Shown here piece by piece: positions 33,101 through 43,120 of a stretch of 60,763 nucleotides of DNA. The stretch lies in contig JBKPKI010000021.1 in NCBI GenBank assembly GCA_046731055.1, positions 1 to 60,763 on the forward strand, given 5' to 3'. The position numbers and the translations under genes were made by a program. Below the pieces are notes generated by a model that was not told the origin of the DNA, did no database searches, and saw only the letters and a program-made list of their open reading frames with translations. Position 1 is the first letter of the stretch. Each line of letters starts with the position of its first letter. This stretch comes from Actinomycetota bacterium. Lineage in GTDB: Bacteria > Actinomycetota > Actinomycetes > Actinomycetales > Dermatophilaceae.

Positions 33101-34573
33101 TCAGATCGCGACGAGCGGTCGGACGTCGCGGTAGCCGTCCTCGACGACCCGTGATGGCTCTCCGAACACCATGACCTCCCGGCGCTCGGGGGAGTACGAC
33201 GGCCAGCCCGGGATCACCTCGTGTCATGAGGCCGACCGCGGCACCGTGCACCTCGTCGGCCAGCGCTTGCGGTGGCCGGTCACCGGTGAGCGCCGACACG
33301 TGCTCGGCGCCCAGGCAGTCGAACCAGAACGGGACGTCGACGCAGTGGATGGCGAGGCCGTGGGGCGGCGACCGCCACCCGAACCGGTAGAGCCACGTGG
33401 TTCCCGGCGGGCGGACCTGGGCCGCCTGAAGCGCAACCGACCGGAACACCTGGTCAGTGAGGAAGTCCTGGAAGATCTCGGGCGTCGACCGTCCCTGGTG
33501 GGTCGCCGAATAAGCCTCTCTGGCGGTCGGTTGCAGCCCGAGCCGCGAGAGCAGCACCGGTACGGGGATCGCCGCGATCCTCTGCGCCACTTCGTCGGTG
33601 ACGACGGGGATCTCGTCCTCCACGGCTCCGGCGACGAGGGGCTTGTCGCCGCCGACCCCGTTGCGGAGGGAGTCAACGGTGGGGCGTTGGATCAGATCGC
33701 CGTCCACGACCGGGGCGAACGGGAGGCCGTCGTTGAGCTGGGCCAGTGCCGCGAGCGGGTCGGCCGGGCCGTCCTCCGGGAGGTCGCCGGACCCCAAAGC
33801 GCGCTGGAACATGAGCAACCGCTCCTCGGGCACCGACCGGAAGCCCCCGAGCGTCGGCGATACCCCCGCGAGCCCCGCGAGCCGGCGCGCACGCCGCTCG
33901 GCCACGGTGCCAGGCAGGTCGCCGAGCGCTCCGGACAGACTGAACGCGGCCGCGAAGAGGTGCTGCGCGGCTGGCATACCCAGCAGGGTGAGGACCGCCC
34001 CGCCGCCGGCGGACTGACCGGCGATGGTGACCCGGTCCGGATCGCCGCCGAAGGCCCGGATGTTGTCCTGCACCCACTCGAGGGCGAGCAACCAGTCCCG
34101 GACGCCCCGGTTCGTCGGCGCCCCGTCGATCCAGCCGAACCCGTCCAGGCCGAGCCGATAGGAGACGCATACCGTCACGACGCCGTCGCGGTTGAAGGCC
34201 CCCCCGTCGTACCACGGACTGGCGGGCGAGCCCGCCACGTACCCGCCGCCATGGATCCAGACGAGGACCGGAAGCCCGGCATCCGGCCCAGGCGAGGGCG
34301 TGTAGACGTCCACGATGAGGGTCGCTTCGCCGGGAAGGGACGGCTCGGGGATCAGGGTGACTTCGCTGAGAGCGGCCCGTTGCGGAGTCGGTCCATGTCG
34401 CGTCGCATCGCGAGTGCCGGTCCACGGCCTCGCGGGCACCGGCGCCGCGAACCGGAGGTCTCCTACCGGCGGTTCAGCGAACGGGATGCCGAGGAAGGCG
34501 GCCGAGGAGCCGCGCCACAGACCGCGTACGCGTCCTGCGGAGGTCCGGACCTCGGAACGGCCTGATGAGTCAC
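33101..34573 (-). pseudogene. Type-B carboxylesterase with two frameshifts (or sequencing errors)
   Basis: FLGIPFAEPPVGDLRF, WIHGGG, YRLG and GQSAG intact. GTG 34573 (MTHQAVP) is out of frame with EVRTSAG near 34555. The natural C-terminus WPSYSPERREVMVF...DVRPLVAI* is shifted near 33208. Confidence 0.75.
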
Positions 34574-34683
34574 AGCGGCGAGCGTCTCACGGTCAGTCAG
34601 CTCTCGACCGTCCGGTTGCCGAGAGCAGGAATGGTGATGGACCGCTCGGGGACCGCGCGCTGAAGCACCATGGGTTTCCGGTC

Positions 34684-35127
34684 TCACGGGGAGCAGTCGG
34701 AACAGGTCCCGAAGATCTCCAGGGTGTGCGTGACGTCCCGGAACCCGTGGGCGGCACTTACCGCGTCGGCCCACCGTTCGACCGTGGGTCCCTCGACCTC
34801 CACGGTCCGCCCGCAGGACCGGCAGACCAGGTGGTGGTGATGACCCCCGCTGCTGCACCGGCGGTAGACGGACTCGCCGTCATCGGTGCGGAGTACGTCG
34901 ACCTCGCCGTGTTCGGCCAGGGTCTGCAGAGCCCGGTAGACCGTGGCCAGGCCGACCTTGTGGCCCTGGGTGCGGAGCCGGACGTGCAGATCCTGCGCCG
35001 ACATGAAGTCGTCCGCGCCGCCCAGCGCCTCGGCCACCGCCGACTGCTGACGGGTCAGCCGGCGCGGCTCCTTCCTCGGCTCGGCCAGCGCGGAGCCCGC
35101 GTGGCTCCTCTTGGTCAGACCGGTCAC
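34684..35127 (-). CDS. zur: Fur-family zinc uptake regulator
   Basis: SAQDLH, VGLATVYRAL, HHHHLVCRSCG and FGTCSDC; last gene of the Zn ABC operon. Confidence 0.9.
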   Translation of the reverse strand: MTGLTKRSHAGSALAEPRKEPRRLTRQQSAVAEALGGADDFMSAQDLHVRLRTQGHKVGLATVYRALQTLAEHGEVDVLRTDDGESVYRRCSSGGHHHHLVCRSCGRTVEVEGPTVERWADAVSAAHGFRDVTHTLEIFGTCSDCSP

Positions 35128-36137
35128 GGCTGCCTCGCTTTCTGGGCTTCGTGTCCAGCGGGTTCCTGCCCAGCGGCGTCGTGCTCGTCGTAGTGACCCT
35201 CGTGTGGCGCGTGTCGGTGCCCGTCGTGGAGGTAGTCGACGTGGCCCAGGTGCGGGACCGCCGGATGTCCGCACTCGGGACCGTGCTCATGGGCATGGGT
35301 CTCCGCGCGGGCATGGCGGCGCCTCCGCACCCGCGTCACCAGGGCTCGGCCGACCGACGCGGCGAGGAACACCGCGATGGCGAGAACGACGATGGTGCCG
35401 CCGGAGGGCGTGTCCGCCTCGTACGACAGGACCACTCCGGCGACAGCGCAGAACAGGCCGATGGCCACGGCCCAGCGCATCGTCGCGCGAAACGACGAGC
35501 CCAGAAGCTGCGCCGCAGCGTTTGGGACGATCATCAGCGCGCTGATGAGCAGCAGCCCGACGATCCGCATGGACACGACGACGGTCACCGCGGTCAGCAC
35601 GGCCAGGGCGAGATTGAGGCCGAGGACCGGCATGCCCATCGCCCGCGCATACTCCTCGTCACTGGCCACGGCGAACAGCCGCGGACGAAGCACCCAGGTC
35701 GTGAGGAGAACAAGAACCGCGAGCACCGCGAACACCCAGAGGTCGGAGCCCTTTACGGTGGTGATGGCTCCGAAGAGGTATGCGGTGAGATTCGCCGGCG
35801 TCCCCTGCGCGGACTTGCTGAGAATGACGACACCAGCAGCGATACCGCCGTAGAAGATGACGGCGAGGGCAACGTCGCCCTGGGTGCGGCCGGAGGCTCG
35901 GATCAGCTCGATGGCCACCGCCGCGAGGACCGCGGCGACCAGGGCGGCCCAGACCGGTGAGAGATTGGTGAGCAGGCCGACCGCGACGCCGGCCAACGCG
36001 ACGTGCCCCATCCCGTCGCCCACGAGAGACAGCCGGCGCTGGACGAGGAACACGCCGACCAGCGGAGCGACCATGCCGACGAGGACGGCGGCCAGCAGCG
36101 CCCGTTGCATGAAGTCGTAGGAGAACAGCTCGCTCAT
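35124..36137 (-). CDS. znuB: Zinc ABC transporter permease with His-rich C-terminal tail
   Basis: FMQRALLA, LVGDGMGHVALAG, YLFG, VGLLLISALMIVP and PSGGTIV. Confidence 0.9.
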   Translation of the reverse strand: MSELFSYDFMQRALLAAVLVGMVAPLVGVFLVQRRLSLVGDGMGHVALAGVAVGLLTNLSPVWAALVAAVLAAVAIELIRASGRTQGDVALAVIFYGGIAAGVVILSKSAQGTPANLTAYLFGAITTVKGSDLWVFAVLAVLVLLTTWVLRPRLFAVASDEEYARAMGMPVLGLNLALAVLTAVTVVVSMRIVGLLLISALMIVPNAAAQLLGSSFRATMRWAVAIGLFCAVAGVVLSYEADTPSGGTIVVLAIAVFLAASVGRALVTRVRRRRHARAETHAHEHGPECGHPAVPHLGHVDYLHDGHRHAPHEGHYDEHDAAGQEPAGHEAQKARQP

Positions 36138-36952
36138 TGGGTACCACCGGCTGGACCCGCTTCCGCCGTCCCCGTCAGCGAAGGCCGCGGATCGGTGAGT
36201 TCCTGGTCGTGGTGATGGGTGTGCTGCTCGCGGAGCAGCTCGGCCTCCCGGGCCAGGAACGCGTCCCGTGAGCCGTCGAAGACGACGCCGCCACGGTCGA
36301 GAACGACAACCCGGGTCACGACCTCGACGAAAGCGTCCAGCTCGTGCGTGACGAGCAGCATCGTCACCCCCTGAGCGGCCAGCCGACCCATGACCTGGGC
36401 GAGGACCTGCTGGTTGGCCGTGTCGACGCCGGCGGTGGGCTCGTCCATGAGCAGGATCTCGGGCTGCCCCGCGAGCGCTCGGGCGATGAGGACCCGGCGC
36501 TGCTGACCCCCGGAAAGGGTGACCACGTCGATGCCGGCCCGGTCGGCCAGCCCGACCGTGTCGAGGGACCGGGCGATGACCTGGCGGTCGGTCGCCGACG
36601 GCCGTCCGAACCACGACTGTCGCACCAGTCGGCCGGTGGCCACGATCTCCTCCGCCGTGGCCCGCATCGAGCCGGAGAGGGTGTGCCGCTGGGGGACGTA
36701 GCCGAGCCGAGCGTGGTCGCCGGATCGGCGGAAGCGGTCGACCGGCGTCCCGAAGAGAAGCACCTCGCCGCCGAGCCGGTCGCTGAGGCCGAGCAACCCC
36801 TTGACCACGGTCGACTTGCCGGCGCCGTTCGGGCCGAGGAGTGCGACGACCTCACCGGCGTGGACCTCGAGCGTGACCCCGCGCATGACGGCGTGGTCGC
36901 CGTAGCCGAGGGTGGCACCCCGCATGGACACGATGGGCTCAGAGGTCGTCAT
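36134..36952 (-). CDS. znuC: Zinc ABC transporter ATP-binding protein
   Basis: GPNGAGKST, GYVPQ, LSGGQQRR and MDEPT. Confidence 0.9.
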   Translation of the reverse strand: MTTSEPIVSMRGATLGYGDHAVMRGVTLEVHAGEVVALLGPNGAGKSTVVKGLLGLSDRLGGEVLLFGTPVDRFRRSGDHARLGYVPQRHTLSGSMRATAEEIVATGRLVRQSWFGRPSATDRQVIARSLDTVGLADRAGIDVVTLSGGQQRRVLIARALAGQPEILLMDEPTAGVDTANQQVLAQVMGRLAAQGVTMLLVTHELDAFVEVVTRVVVLDRGGVVFDGSRDAFLAREAELLREQHTHHHDQELTDPRPSLTGTAEAGPAGGTQ

Positions 36953-37935
36953 GCGCAGCCTTGCCCGGCTCGCAGCACCGAAAGGTTCGACCTCATGACC
37001 TCGAAATAGTCCCGGCCGGCCGCCTGGCCGGTCAGGCCCTCGAGCGGGTCGAGGACCGCCAGCTGGGCCCCCGTACTTCGCGAGATCGTGTCGACGAACG
37101 CCGGCTCGCCGAGGGTCTCGGCGTAGATCGTCGTGACGTGGTGCTGCCGGACGAAGTCCGCGACCTCGACGAGCTTCGCTGCGGACGGCTCGCCCTCGGG
37201 TGAGAGCCCGGATATGGGTACTTGGGTGAAGCCGTAGCGCTCGCTGAGGTAGCCGAACGCCGCGTGGCTTGTTACCAGGTCGGTGTTGGTGCACGACGCC
37301 AAACCAGTGCGGAGATCACCGTCCAGGGCGGCCAGCCGCCCGGCGAACACCTGCGCATTGTCCGAGTAGTCCGCCGCGTGTGCGGTGTCGACCTGGCCGA
37401 GACGCTCGGCGATCGCGGTCGCCACGGCGGCGTATCGCTCGGGGTCGAGCCAGAAGTGCGGGTCCCTGGGGGCACCGGGATCCTCGGCCGGGTCCTCGGC
37501 ATCGGTGTGCGTGTGCCCCGAATCGCCGTGCCCGCCGTCCTCCGGCGGTGCCAGCAGGTCGAGGTTCGCGACCGGGGCGACATCGAGGGTGTGGCCGGCA
37601 CCCTCGAGGTCGACGGCGGTGTCGACCGCCGGTTGGAATCCCTTCGCGTAGACGACCAGGTCCGCCCCGGCGACCCGGCCTACAGCCCTGGCAGTCAGCT
37701 CCAGGTCGTGCGGCTCGACACCGGGTTTGGTGAGGCTGAGAACACTGACGCGGTCGCCGCCGACCTGCTGCGCCGCGAACTCGAGAGCGTAGAACGACGC
37801 GACGACCTGGACCTGGCTGGTGTCGTGAGGTGGTTGGGTATCGGGTGTCGCGACCCCACAGCCGCCGACCAGGCCCACCACTGCGACTGCCCCGAGCAGC
37901 CCGGTGAGTCGAACCCAGGGCGGACGGTCACGCAT
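36949..37935 (-). CDS. znuA: Zinc ABC transporter substrate-binding lipoprotein
   Basis: Lipobox-like VGGC, EPHD, His-rich loop, DPHFWLDP, HAAFGY and LDPLE. Confidence 0.9.
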   Translation of the reverse strand: MRDRPPWVRLTGLLGAVAVVGLVGGCGVATPDTQPPHDTSQVQVVASFYALEFAAQQVGGDRVSVLSLTKPGVEPHDLELTARAVGRVAGADLVVYAKGFQPAVDTAVDLEGAGHTLDVAPVANLDLLAPPEDGGHGDSGHTHTDAEDPAEDPGAPRDPHFWLDPERYAAVATAIAERLGQVDTAHAADYSDNAQVFAGRLAALDGDLRTGLASCTNTDLVTSHAAFGYLSERYGFTQVPISGLSPEGEPSAAKLVEVADFVRQHHVTTIYAETLGEPAFVDTISRSTGAQLAVLDPLEGLTGQAAGRDYFEVMRSNLSVLRAGQGCA

Positions 37936-37951
37936 ACTGCCGTTCTACCCA

Positions 37952-37972
37952 TAATGAGAATGATTGTCAAAA
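37952..37972 (-). promoter_or_regulatory. Zur box overlapping the znuA -35
   Basis: ATGAGAATGATTGTCAA imperfect palindrome; the minus strand reads TTGACA-N17-TAGAAC-N6-ATG(37935). Confidence 0.85.
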
Positions 37973-37975
37973 TCT

Positions 37976-38263
37976 CTAGCCGCGCGGGACCGCCTGGATG
38001 ATGGCGACGGCGGTGATCAGGGCCAGGACAGCCAGGCGCATCAGCCGCTCTGGCAGCGACAGTCGTGGCCACGTGTAGTAGACGAGGAACCCGACGGCGA
38101 GGCCCACGAGGGCCGTCGCGAGGAAGCCCCATCGTGGAACGAAGATGCCGACGACAATCAGGAGGAGGACCGTCAGGAAGGGCACGGCGCGAGGCAGACG
38201 CTCGAGACGGTCGAGCACCGGGTATGCGGCGTGCTCGACCCGCGACCGGAACGGCAGGCTCAC
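37976..38263 (-). CDS. Small membrane protein (DUF6703-like)
   Basis: 95 aa with hydrophobic helices, RLPRAVPF...[15 protein letters not shown]; GTG 6 nt after TACCCT. Confidence 0.7.
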   Translation of the reverse strand: MSLPFRSRVEHAAYPVLDRLERLPRAVPFLTVLLLIVVGIFVPRWGFLATALVGLAVGFLVYYTWPRLSLPERLMRLAVLALITAVAIIQAVPRG

Positions 38264-38324
38264 GGGGAGAGGGTACGCATACTCCGATGAGGTTGCTGTA
38301 CCGCGGCCGTTAGCCTTGGGGCCC

Positions 38325-39740
38325 ATGGCCAGCCTGACCACTCCCGGCACGACCGTCGACACCGTCGTGAGCCTGTGCAAGCGCCGCGGCTTCGTGTACC
38401 CGAGCGGGGAGATCTACGGAGGCACGCGGTCGGCGTGGGACTACGGTCCGCTTGGGGTCGAGCTCAAGGACAACATCAAGCGGCAGTGGTGGAAGGCTAT
38501 GGTCCAGCAGCGGGACGATGTCGTCGGGCTCGACTCGTCGATCATCCTGCCGCGCGAGACGTGGGTGGCCTCCGGGCACGTCGCGACGTTCAGCGACCCG
38601 CTCGTCGAGTGCCTGTCGTGCCACAAGCGGTTCCGCGCCGACCACCTCCAGGAGGCGGTCGCCGAGAAGCGGGCTGCCAAGGGAGACGTCGTCAACCCCG
38701 ACGACATCCCGCTCGCCGAGATCGTCTGCACCAACTGCGGCACGCGGGGTCAGTGGACCGAGCCACGCCAGTTCTCCGGGCTGCTCAAGACCTTCCTCGG
38801 TGTCGTCGAGGACGACTCCGGCCTGCACTACCTGCGGCCCGAGACGGCACAGGGCATCTTTCTCAACTTCCTCAACGTCATGAACTCGTCGCGGAAGAAG
38901 CCACCGTTCGGCATCGCGCAGATCGGCAAGTCGTTCCGCAACGAGATCACGCCGGGGAACTTCATCTTCCGGACCCGCGAGTTCGAGCAGATGGAGATGG
39001 AGTACTTCGTCAAGCCCGGCGAGGACGAGGCGTGGCACCAGAAGTGGATCGACGAGCGCACCGCCTGGTACGTGGGCCTCGGTATCAAGGCGGAGAACCT
39101 GCGCCACTACGAGCATCCCAAGGAGAAGCTGTCCCACTACTCGAAGCGGACCGTCGACATCGAGTACCGGTTCAACTTTCCCGGATCCGAGTGGGGTGAG
39201 CTGGAGGGCATAGCCAACCGCACCGACTTCGACCTGACGACGCACTCCCAGCACTCGGGGACCGATCTCGTCTATTTCGACCAGACGACGGGGGAGCGGT
39301 ACACGCCGTACGTCATCGAGCCGGCGGCCGGTCTGTCGCGGTCGCTGATGACCTTCCTCGTGGACGCCTACGCCGAGGACGAGGCGCCCAACACCAAGGG
39401 CGGCGTCGACAAGCGTGTGGTGCTGCGGCTGGACTCCCGGCTGGCGCCGGTCAAGGCCGCGGTGCTGCCGCTGTCACGGAACGCGGATCTCTCGCCGAAG
39501 GCGCGAGACCTGGCCGTGCAGCTGCGCCGGAGCTGGAACGTCGAGTTCGACGATGCCGGCGCGATCGGCAAGCGCTACCGCCGCCACGACGAGATCGGCA
39601 CGCCGTTTTGCGTCACGGTCGACTTCGACACCCTGGAGGACCAGGCAGTCACGATCCGCGAGCGCGACTCCATGGCGCAGGAGCGGATCGCGCTCGACCA
39701 GGTCGAGGGGTGGCTGGCCTCCCGCCTGATCGGCAGCTGA
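38325..39740 (+). CDS. glyQS: Glycine--tRNA ligase (alpha2 type)
   Basis: [48 protein letters not shown] and IGKRYRR. Confidence 0.98.
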   Translation: MASLTTPGTTVDTVVSLCKRRGFVYPSGEIYGGTRSAWDYGPLGVELKDNIKRQWWKAMVQQRDDVVGLDSSIILPRETWVASGHVATFSDPLVECLSCHKRFRADHLQEAVAEKRAAKGDVVNPDDIPLAEIVCTNCGTRGQWTEPRQFSGLLKTFLGVVEDDSGLHYLRPETAQGIFLNFLNVMNSSRKKPPFGIAQIGKSFRNEITPGNFIFRTREFEQMEMEYFVKPGEDEAWHQKWIDERTAWYVGLGIKAENLRHYEHPKEKLSHYSKRTVDIEYRFNFPGSEWGELEGIANRTDFDLTTHSQHSGTDLVYFDQTTGERYTPYVIEPAAGLSRSLMTFLVDAYAEDEAPNTKGGVDKRVVLRLDSRLAPVKAAVLPLSRNADLSPKARDLAVQLRRSWNVEFDDAGAIGKRYRRHDEIGTPFCVTVDFDTLEDQAVTIRERDSMAQERIALDQVEGWLASRLIGS

Positions 39741-39809
39741 GGTCCAACCCAGGGCGACGACCTGGTATGCGGGGAGTCGCCTCGCCGGGGCGGCGCCGGC
39801 GACCGGTTT

Positions 39810-39938
39810 GACAGCGGTCACGCGGCGTGACCGAGCCCGATCGACAGGCACGAGGGGTGGATTCGGCCACTTTCGCGACGAATGTGGCTCTCGTGCCTGT
39901 AGATCGGGCACCGCTTAGGGTCCGGCGGTGCCGCTGTC
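39810..39938. repeat. Compound palindrome cluster between convergent genes
   Basis: 22-bp arms at 39835-39856 / 39888-39909 (2 mismatches), flanked by hairpins at 39815-39833 and 39908-39931; GACAGCGG/CCGCTGTC outer pair. Confidence 0.75.
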
Positions 39939-39955
39939 GTGACCTCGCGACCGGT

Positions 39956-40462
39956 TCAGTCGGCGAGCTTGAAGGTCAGCCGGGTCACCCACTGGCTCAT
40001 GTCCGGCTGCTCCGCCGGGTTGGTCTCGTACCACTCGATCCGGCCGGCCCAGACGTCGCCATGATCGGACGGACGGACGTCGAAGCGCAGTCCCTCGCCG
40101 TCAGCCCACTGCAGGAACCGGCGCGTGACGCCCTCGAGCTCGTCCGGATGCCCGACGTGCGTCGTCGTCGCATAGCGGCCGCCCGGCAACTCTCCGGCCT
40201 CCACGTCGCCAGCCGTCTCGACCGGCGAAGCGACGGGCACGCCGGCCTGCATCACCAGCTCGCGAGCCATGTCGATCACGAGGTACCGCAGGAAGGGAGC
40301 GCCCGACGGTGCGTATCCGTGGTTGAGCACCCAGTCGATCAGCCCGGGGATCTCGTCGGCGATCTCCGGGATCGTCGTCATCGTGACGGTCTTGGTGACG
40401 CCCACGAACGGCTGCTCGGGCAGGTCGACGACGGCGTATGTGCTCGGTCGAGTATCGGTCAT
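39956..40462 (-). CDS. GyrI-like small-molecule-binding domain protein
   Basis: PSGAPFLRY, AGVPV, LPGGRYATTTHVGHPDEL and EWYETNP. Confidence 0.85.
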   Translation of the reverse strand: MTDTRPSTYAVVDLPEQPFVGVTKTVTMTTIPEIADEIPGLIDWVLNHGYAPSGAPFLRYLVIDMARELVMQAGVPVASPVETAGDVEAGELPGGRYATTTHVGHPDELEGVTRRFLQWADGEGLRFDVRPSDHGDVWAGRIEWYETNPAEQPDMSQWVTRLTFKLAD

Positions 40463-40578
40463 ATCGAGCAGACCGCCAGGGCACCTCAAAGTCATCGCGA
40501 GCGCACCGACCGATGAGTTGACGTCGGTGGCCTGGTCTACCGTCGCAAGCCCGACGAGAGCCGGAGGAAGAGGAGACG

Positions 40579-42039
40579 ATGGCCGCCCAGGGACCGAGGC
40601 TCGACCTGCGCCAGCCGGCGCAACGGACCTTCCTGCATCTGCTGCTCAACACCCTCACCGTCTCGGTCATGAACTTCACGGTGTGGTTCGCCGTCACGTT
40701 CTGGGTCTACCTCGAGACGCAGTCCGTCTTCGCGACCGGCATGATCGCCGGGATCTTCCTCATCGCCATCGCCGCGACCGGGATCTGGTTCGGCAGCCTC
40801 GTCGACCACCACCACAAGAAGCGCATCATGCAGGCCTCCGCGGCGGTGTCGCTGGTCATCTATGCCGCCAGCCTGGCGCTCTACGTCGTCACCCCCGACG
40901 CGACGTTCCGTGATCCCTCCAGCCCCGTCCTGTGGGTGTTCGTCGTAGCCGTGATGCTCGGCGTGATCACCGGCAACCTCTTCACGATCGCGTTGCCCAC
41001 CTGCGTCACACTGCTGATCCCGGCCGACGTGCGCGACCGCGCCAACGGCCTGGTCGGCACCACGACCGGCGTGTCCTTCCTCGTGACGTCCGTCATCAGC
41101 GGTGTGCTCGTGGCGGCAGGCGGCATGCTCTACGTGCTGGTGCTGGCGGTATGCGTGCTCGTGCTTGTCGAGCTGTACCTCGCTCTCGTCCGCGTGCCCG
41201 AGCGCCGGATCGTCACGACGGCGCAAGCCATGGGCGAGGCGGCCGACGACGACGCGGCGCCTGCGCCGACCGACACAGCCGCGGAAGGGAAGGGCGTCGA
41301 CATCCGCGGCACCTTTCGCATCGTCCGGGGCGTCCCCGGCCTGCTCGCGCTGATCATCTTCGCCTGCTTCAACAACTTCCTCGGTGGGGCGTTCATGGCC
41401 CTCATGGACGCCTACGGGCTGTCGCTGGTGAGCGTTCAGGCCTGGGGCCTGCTCTGGGGTGCGCTGAGCGTCGGCATCATCGTCGGCGGCCTCGTCGTGG
41501 CCCGGACGGGCTTGACCAGCAACCCGGTCCGAATCCTGATGCTCGTCAACGTCGTGCTCTGGTCGGTGACGACGCTCTTCGCTGTCCGGTCGTCCATCGT
41601 CCTGCTCGCGATCGGGATGGCGATCTACATGCTCCTGGTGCCCTTCGCCGAGGCCGCCGAGCAGACCGTCCTGCAGCAGGTCGTCCCGTTCGAGCGGCAG
41701 GGCCGCGTGTTCGGGTTCGCCCAAAGCGTGGAGCAGGCGGCCTCGCCGCTGACCGCGTTCCTCATCGGGCCCATCACCCAGTTCGCGGTCATCCCGTTCA
41801 TGACCGACGGGTGGGGTGCTCGGACGATCGGGCCGTGGTTCGGCACTGGGCCGGACCGCGGAATCGCGCTGGTCTTCGTCGTCGTCGGCGTCCTAGGACT
41901 GGTGGCGACGGTGCTCGCGATGTTCAGCCGCTACTACCGCGAGCTCAGCGCCGCGGTGACCCGCGGCTCCGACGAGCCGGACGGCGAGGCCGACTACGCC
42001 CTCGCCGCCCCGGCTGACCGGAGAAGTCGCCGCCCCTGA
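40579..42039 (+). CDS. MFS transporter (DHA3-like)
   Basis: About 12 TM segments; GSLVDHHHKK, RDRANGL and VPFERQGRVFG. Confidence 0.9.
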   Translation: MAAQGPRLDLRQPAQRTFLHLLLNTLTVSVMNFTVWFAVTFWVYLETQSVFATGMIAGIFLIAIAATGIWFGSLVDHHHKKRIMQASAAVSLVIYAASLALYVVTPDATFRDPSSPVLWVFVVAVMLGVITGNLFTIALPTCVTLLIPADVRDRANGLVGTTTGVSFLVTSVISGVLVAAGGMLYVLVLAVCVLVLVELYLALVRVPERRIVTTAQAMGEAADDDAAPAPTDTAAEGKGVDIRGTFRIVRGVPGLLALIIFACFNNFLGGAFMALMDAYGLSLVSVQAWGLLWGALSVGIIVGGLVVARTGLTSNPVRILMLVNVVLWSVTTLFAVRSSIVLLAIGMAIYMLLVPFAEAAEQTVLQQVVPFERQGRVFGFAQSVEQAASPLTAFLIGPITQFAVIPFMTDGWGARTIGPWFGTGPDRGIALVFVVVGVLGLVATVLAMFSRYYRELSAAVTRGSDEPDGEADYALAAPADRRSRRP

Positions 42040-42064
42040 GCGCACCGTGACGACTCGCATACCC

Positions 42065-42088
42065 CACCCATGACAAGGGTCATGGGTG
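42065..42088. promoter_or_regulatory. Putative response-regulator operator (CACCCATGAC-N4-GTCATGGGTG)
   Basis: Perfect 10-bp inverted repeat with extra GTGAC half-sites on both sides, upstream of the ABC/two-component operon. Confidence 0.6.
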
Positions 42089-42142
42089 AGTCGTGACGGA
42101 GGAACTGCCTGCCCGCCGCGGCGGCCGGCCATTCTGAGGGAC

Positions 42143-43120
42143 ATGACATCGACAACCACCACGTCGGCGCGCCCGAACCGGTCCGCGCCCGGCGTGCTCG
42201 GGGACCTGGCCGTCTCGGCCACCGGACTGCGCAAGGACTTCGGATCGGTCCACGCGGTACGCGGCCTCGACCTGGAGATCCGGCAGGGCGAGATCGTCGC
42301 CTTCCTCGGCCCGAACGGCGCCGGCAAGACGACCACGATCGACATGATCCTCGGCCTGTCCGAACCCACCGCCGGTTCGGTCACCGTCTTCGGACAGACG
42401 CCGCGCGGCGCCATCGCCCACGGCCTCGTAGCCGCCGTCATGCAGACGGCCGGCCTGCTCAAAGACATCAGCGTCCGGGAGACCCTCGAGCTGACCAGCT
42501 CCCTTTTCGTGCACCACGCCTCCGTCGACTGGGTGATGAAGCGCGCCGGCATCTCGGAGATTGGAAACCGCAGGGTCAACAAGTGCTCCGGCGGCGAGCA
42601 GCAGCGCCTCCGGTTCGCCATGGCGCTGCTGTCCGACCCCGAGCTGCTCATCCTCGACGAGCCGACCACCGGAATGGACGTCGCCGGTCGGCGGGACTTC
42701 TGGGGCGCGATCCGCCAGGACGCGACCCGAGGCCGCACCATCCTCTTCGCGACGCACTACCTCGAGGAGGCCGACGAGTATGCCGACCGGGTCATCCTCG
42801 TCCGCCAGGGACGAATCGTCGCCGACGGCACCGCCGCCCAGATCAAGGCCATGGCCGCGGGGCGGACGGTTCGCGCGACGGTCCCCGGGATGACCTCCCG
42901 GCTGCTCGAGGCCGTGCCCGGCGCGGACTCCGTAGAGCTGCGCGGTGAAACGGTGCTCATCCACTCGAAGGACTCCGACGCCGTCGCTCGCTTCCTGCTC
43001 ACTCAGACCGACGCCCGCGACCTCGAGATCGAGTCGCGCGGCATCGAGGACGCCTTCCTCGCGCTGACCTCCGGCGCCGAGGACGAAGCATCCACGGGCA
43101 GCCCCGAGGAGCCGTCATGA
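42143..43120 (+). CDS. ABC transporter ATP-binding protein
   Basis: GPNGAGKTT, CSGGEQQR, LDEPT and THYLEEA. Confidence 0.93.
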   Translation: MTSTTTTSARPNRSAPGVLGDLAVSATGLRKDFGSVHAVRGLDLEIRQGEIVAFLGPNGAGKTTTIDMILGLSEPTAGSVTVFGQTPRGAIAHGLVAAVMQTAGLLKDISVRETLELTSSLFVHHASVDWVMKRAGISEIGNRRVNKCSGGEQQRLRFAMALLSDPELLILDEPTTGMDVAGRRDFWGAIRQDATRGRTILFATHYLEEADEYADRVILVRQGRIVADGTAAQIKAMAAGRTVRATVPGMTSRLLEAVPGADSVELRGETVLIHSKDSDAVARFLLTQTDARDLEIESRGIEDAFLALTSGAEDEASTGSPEEPS

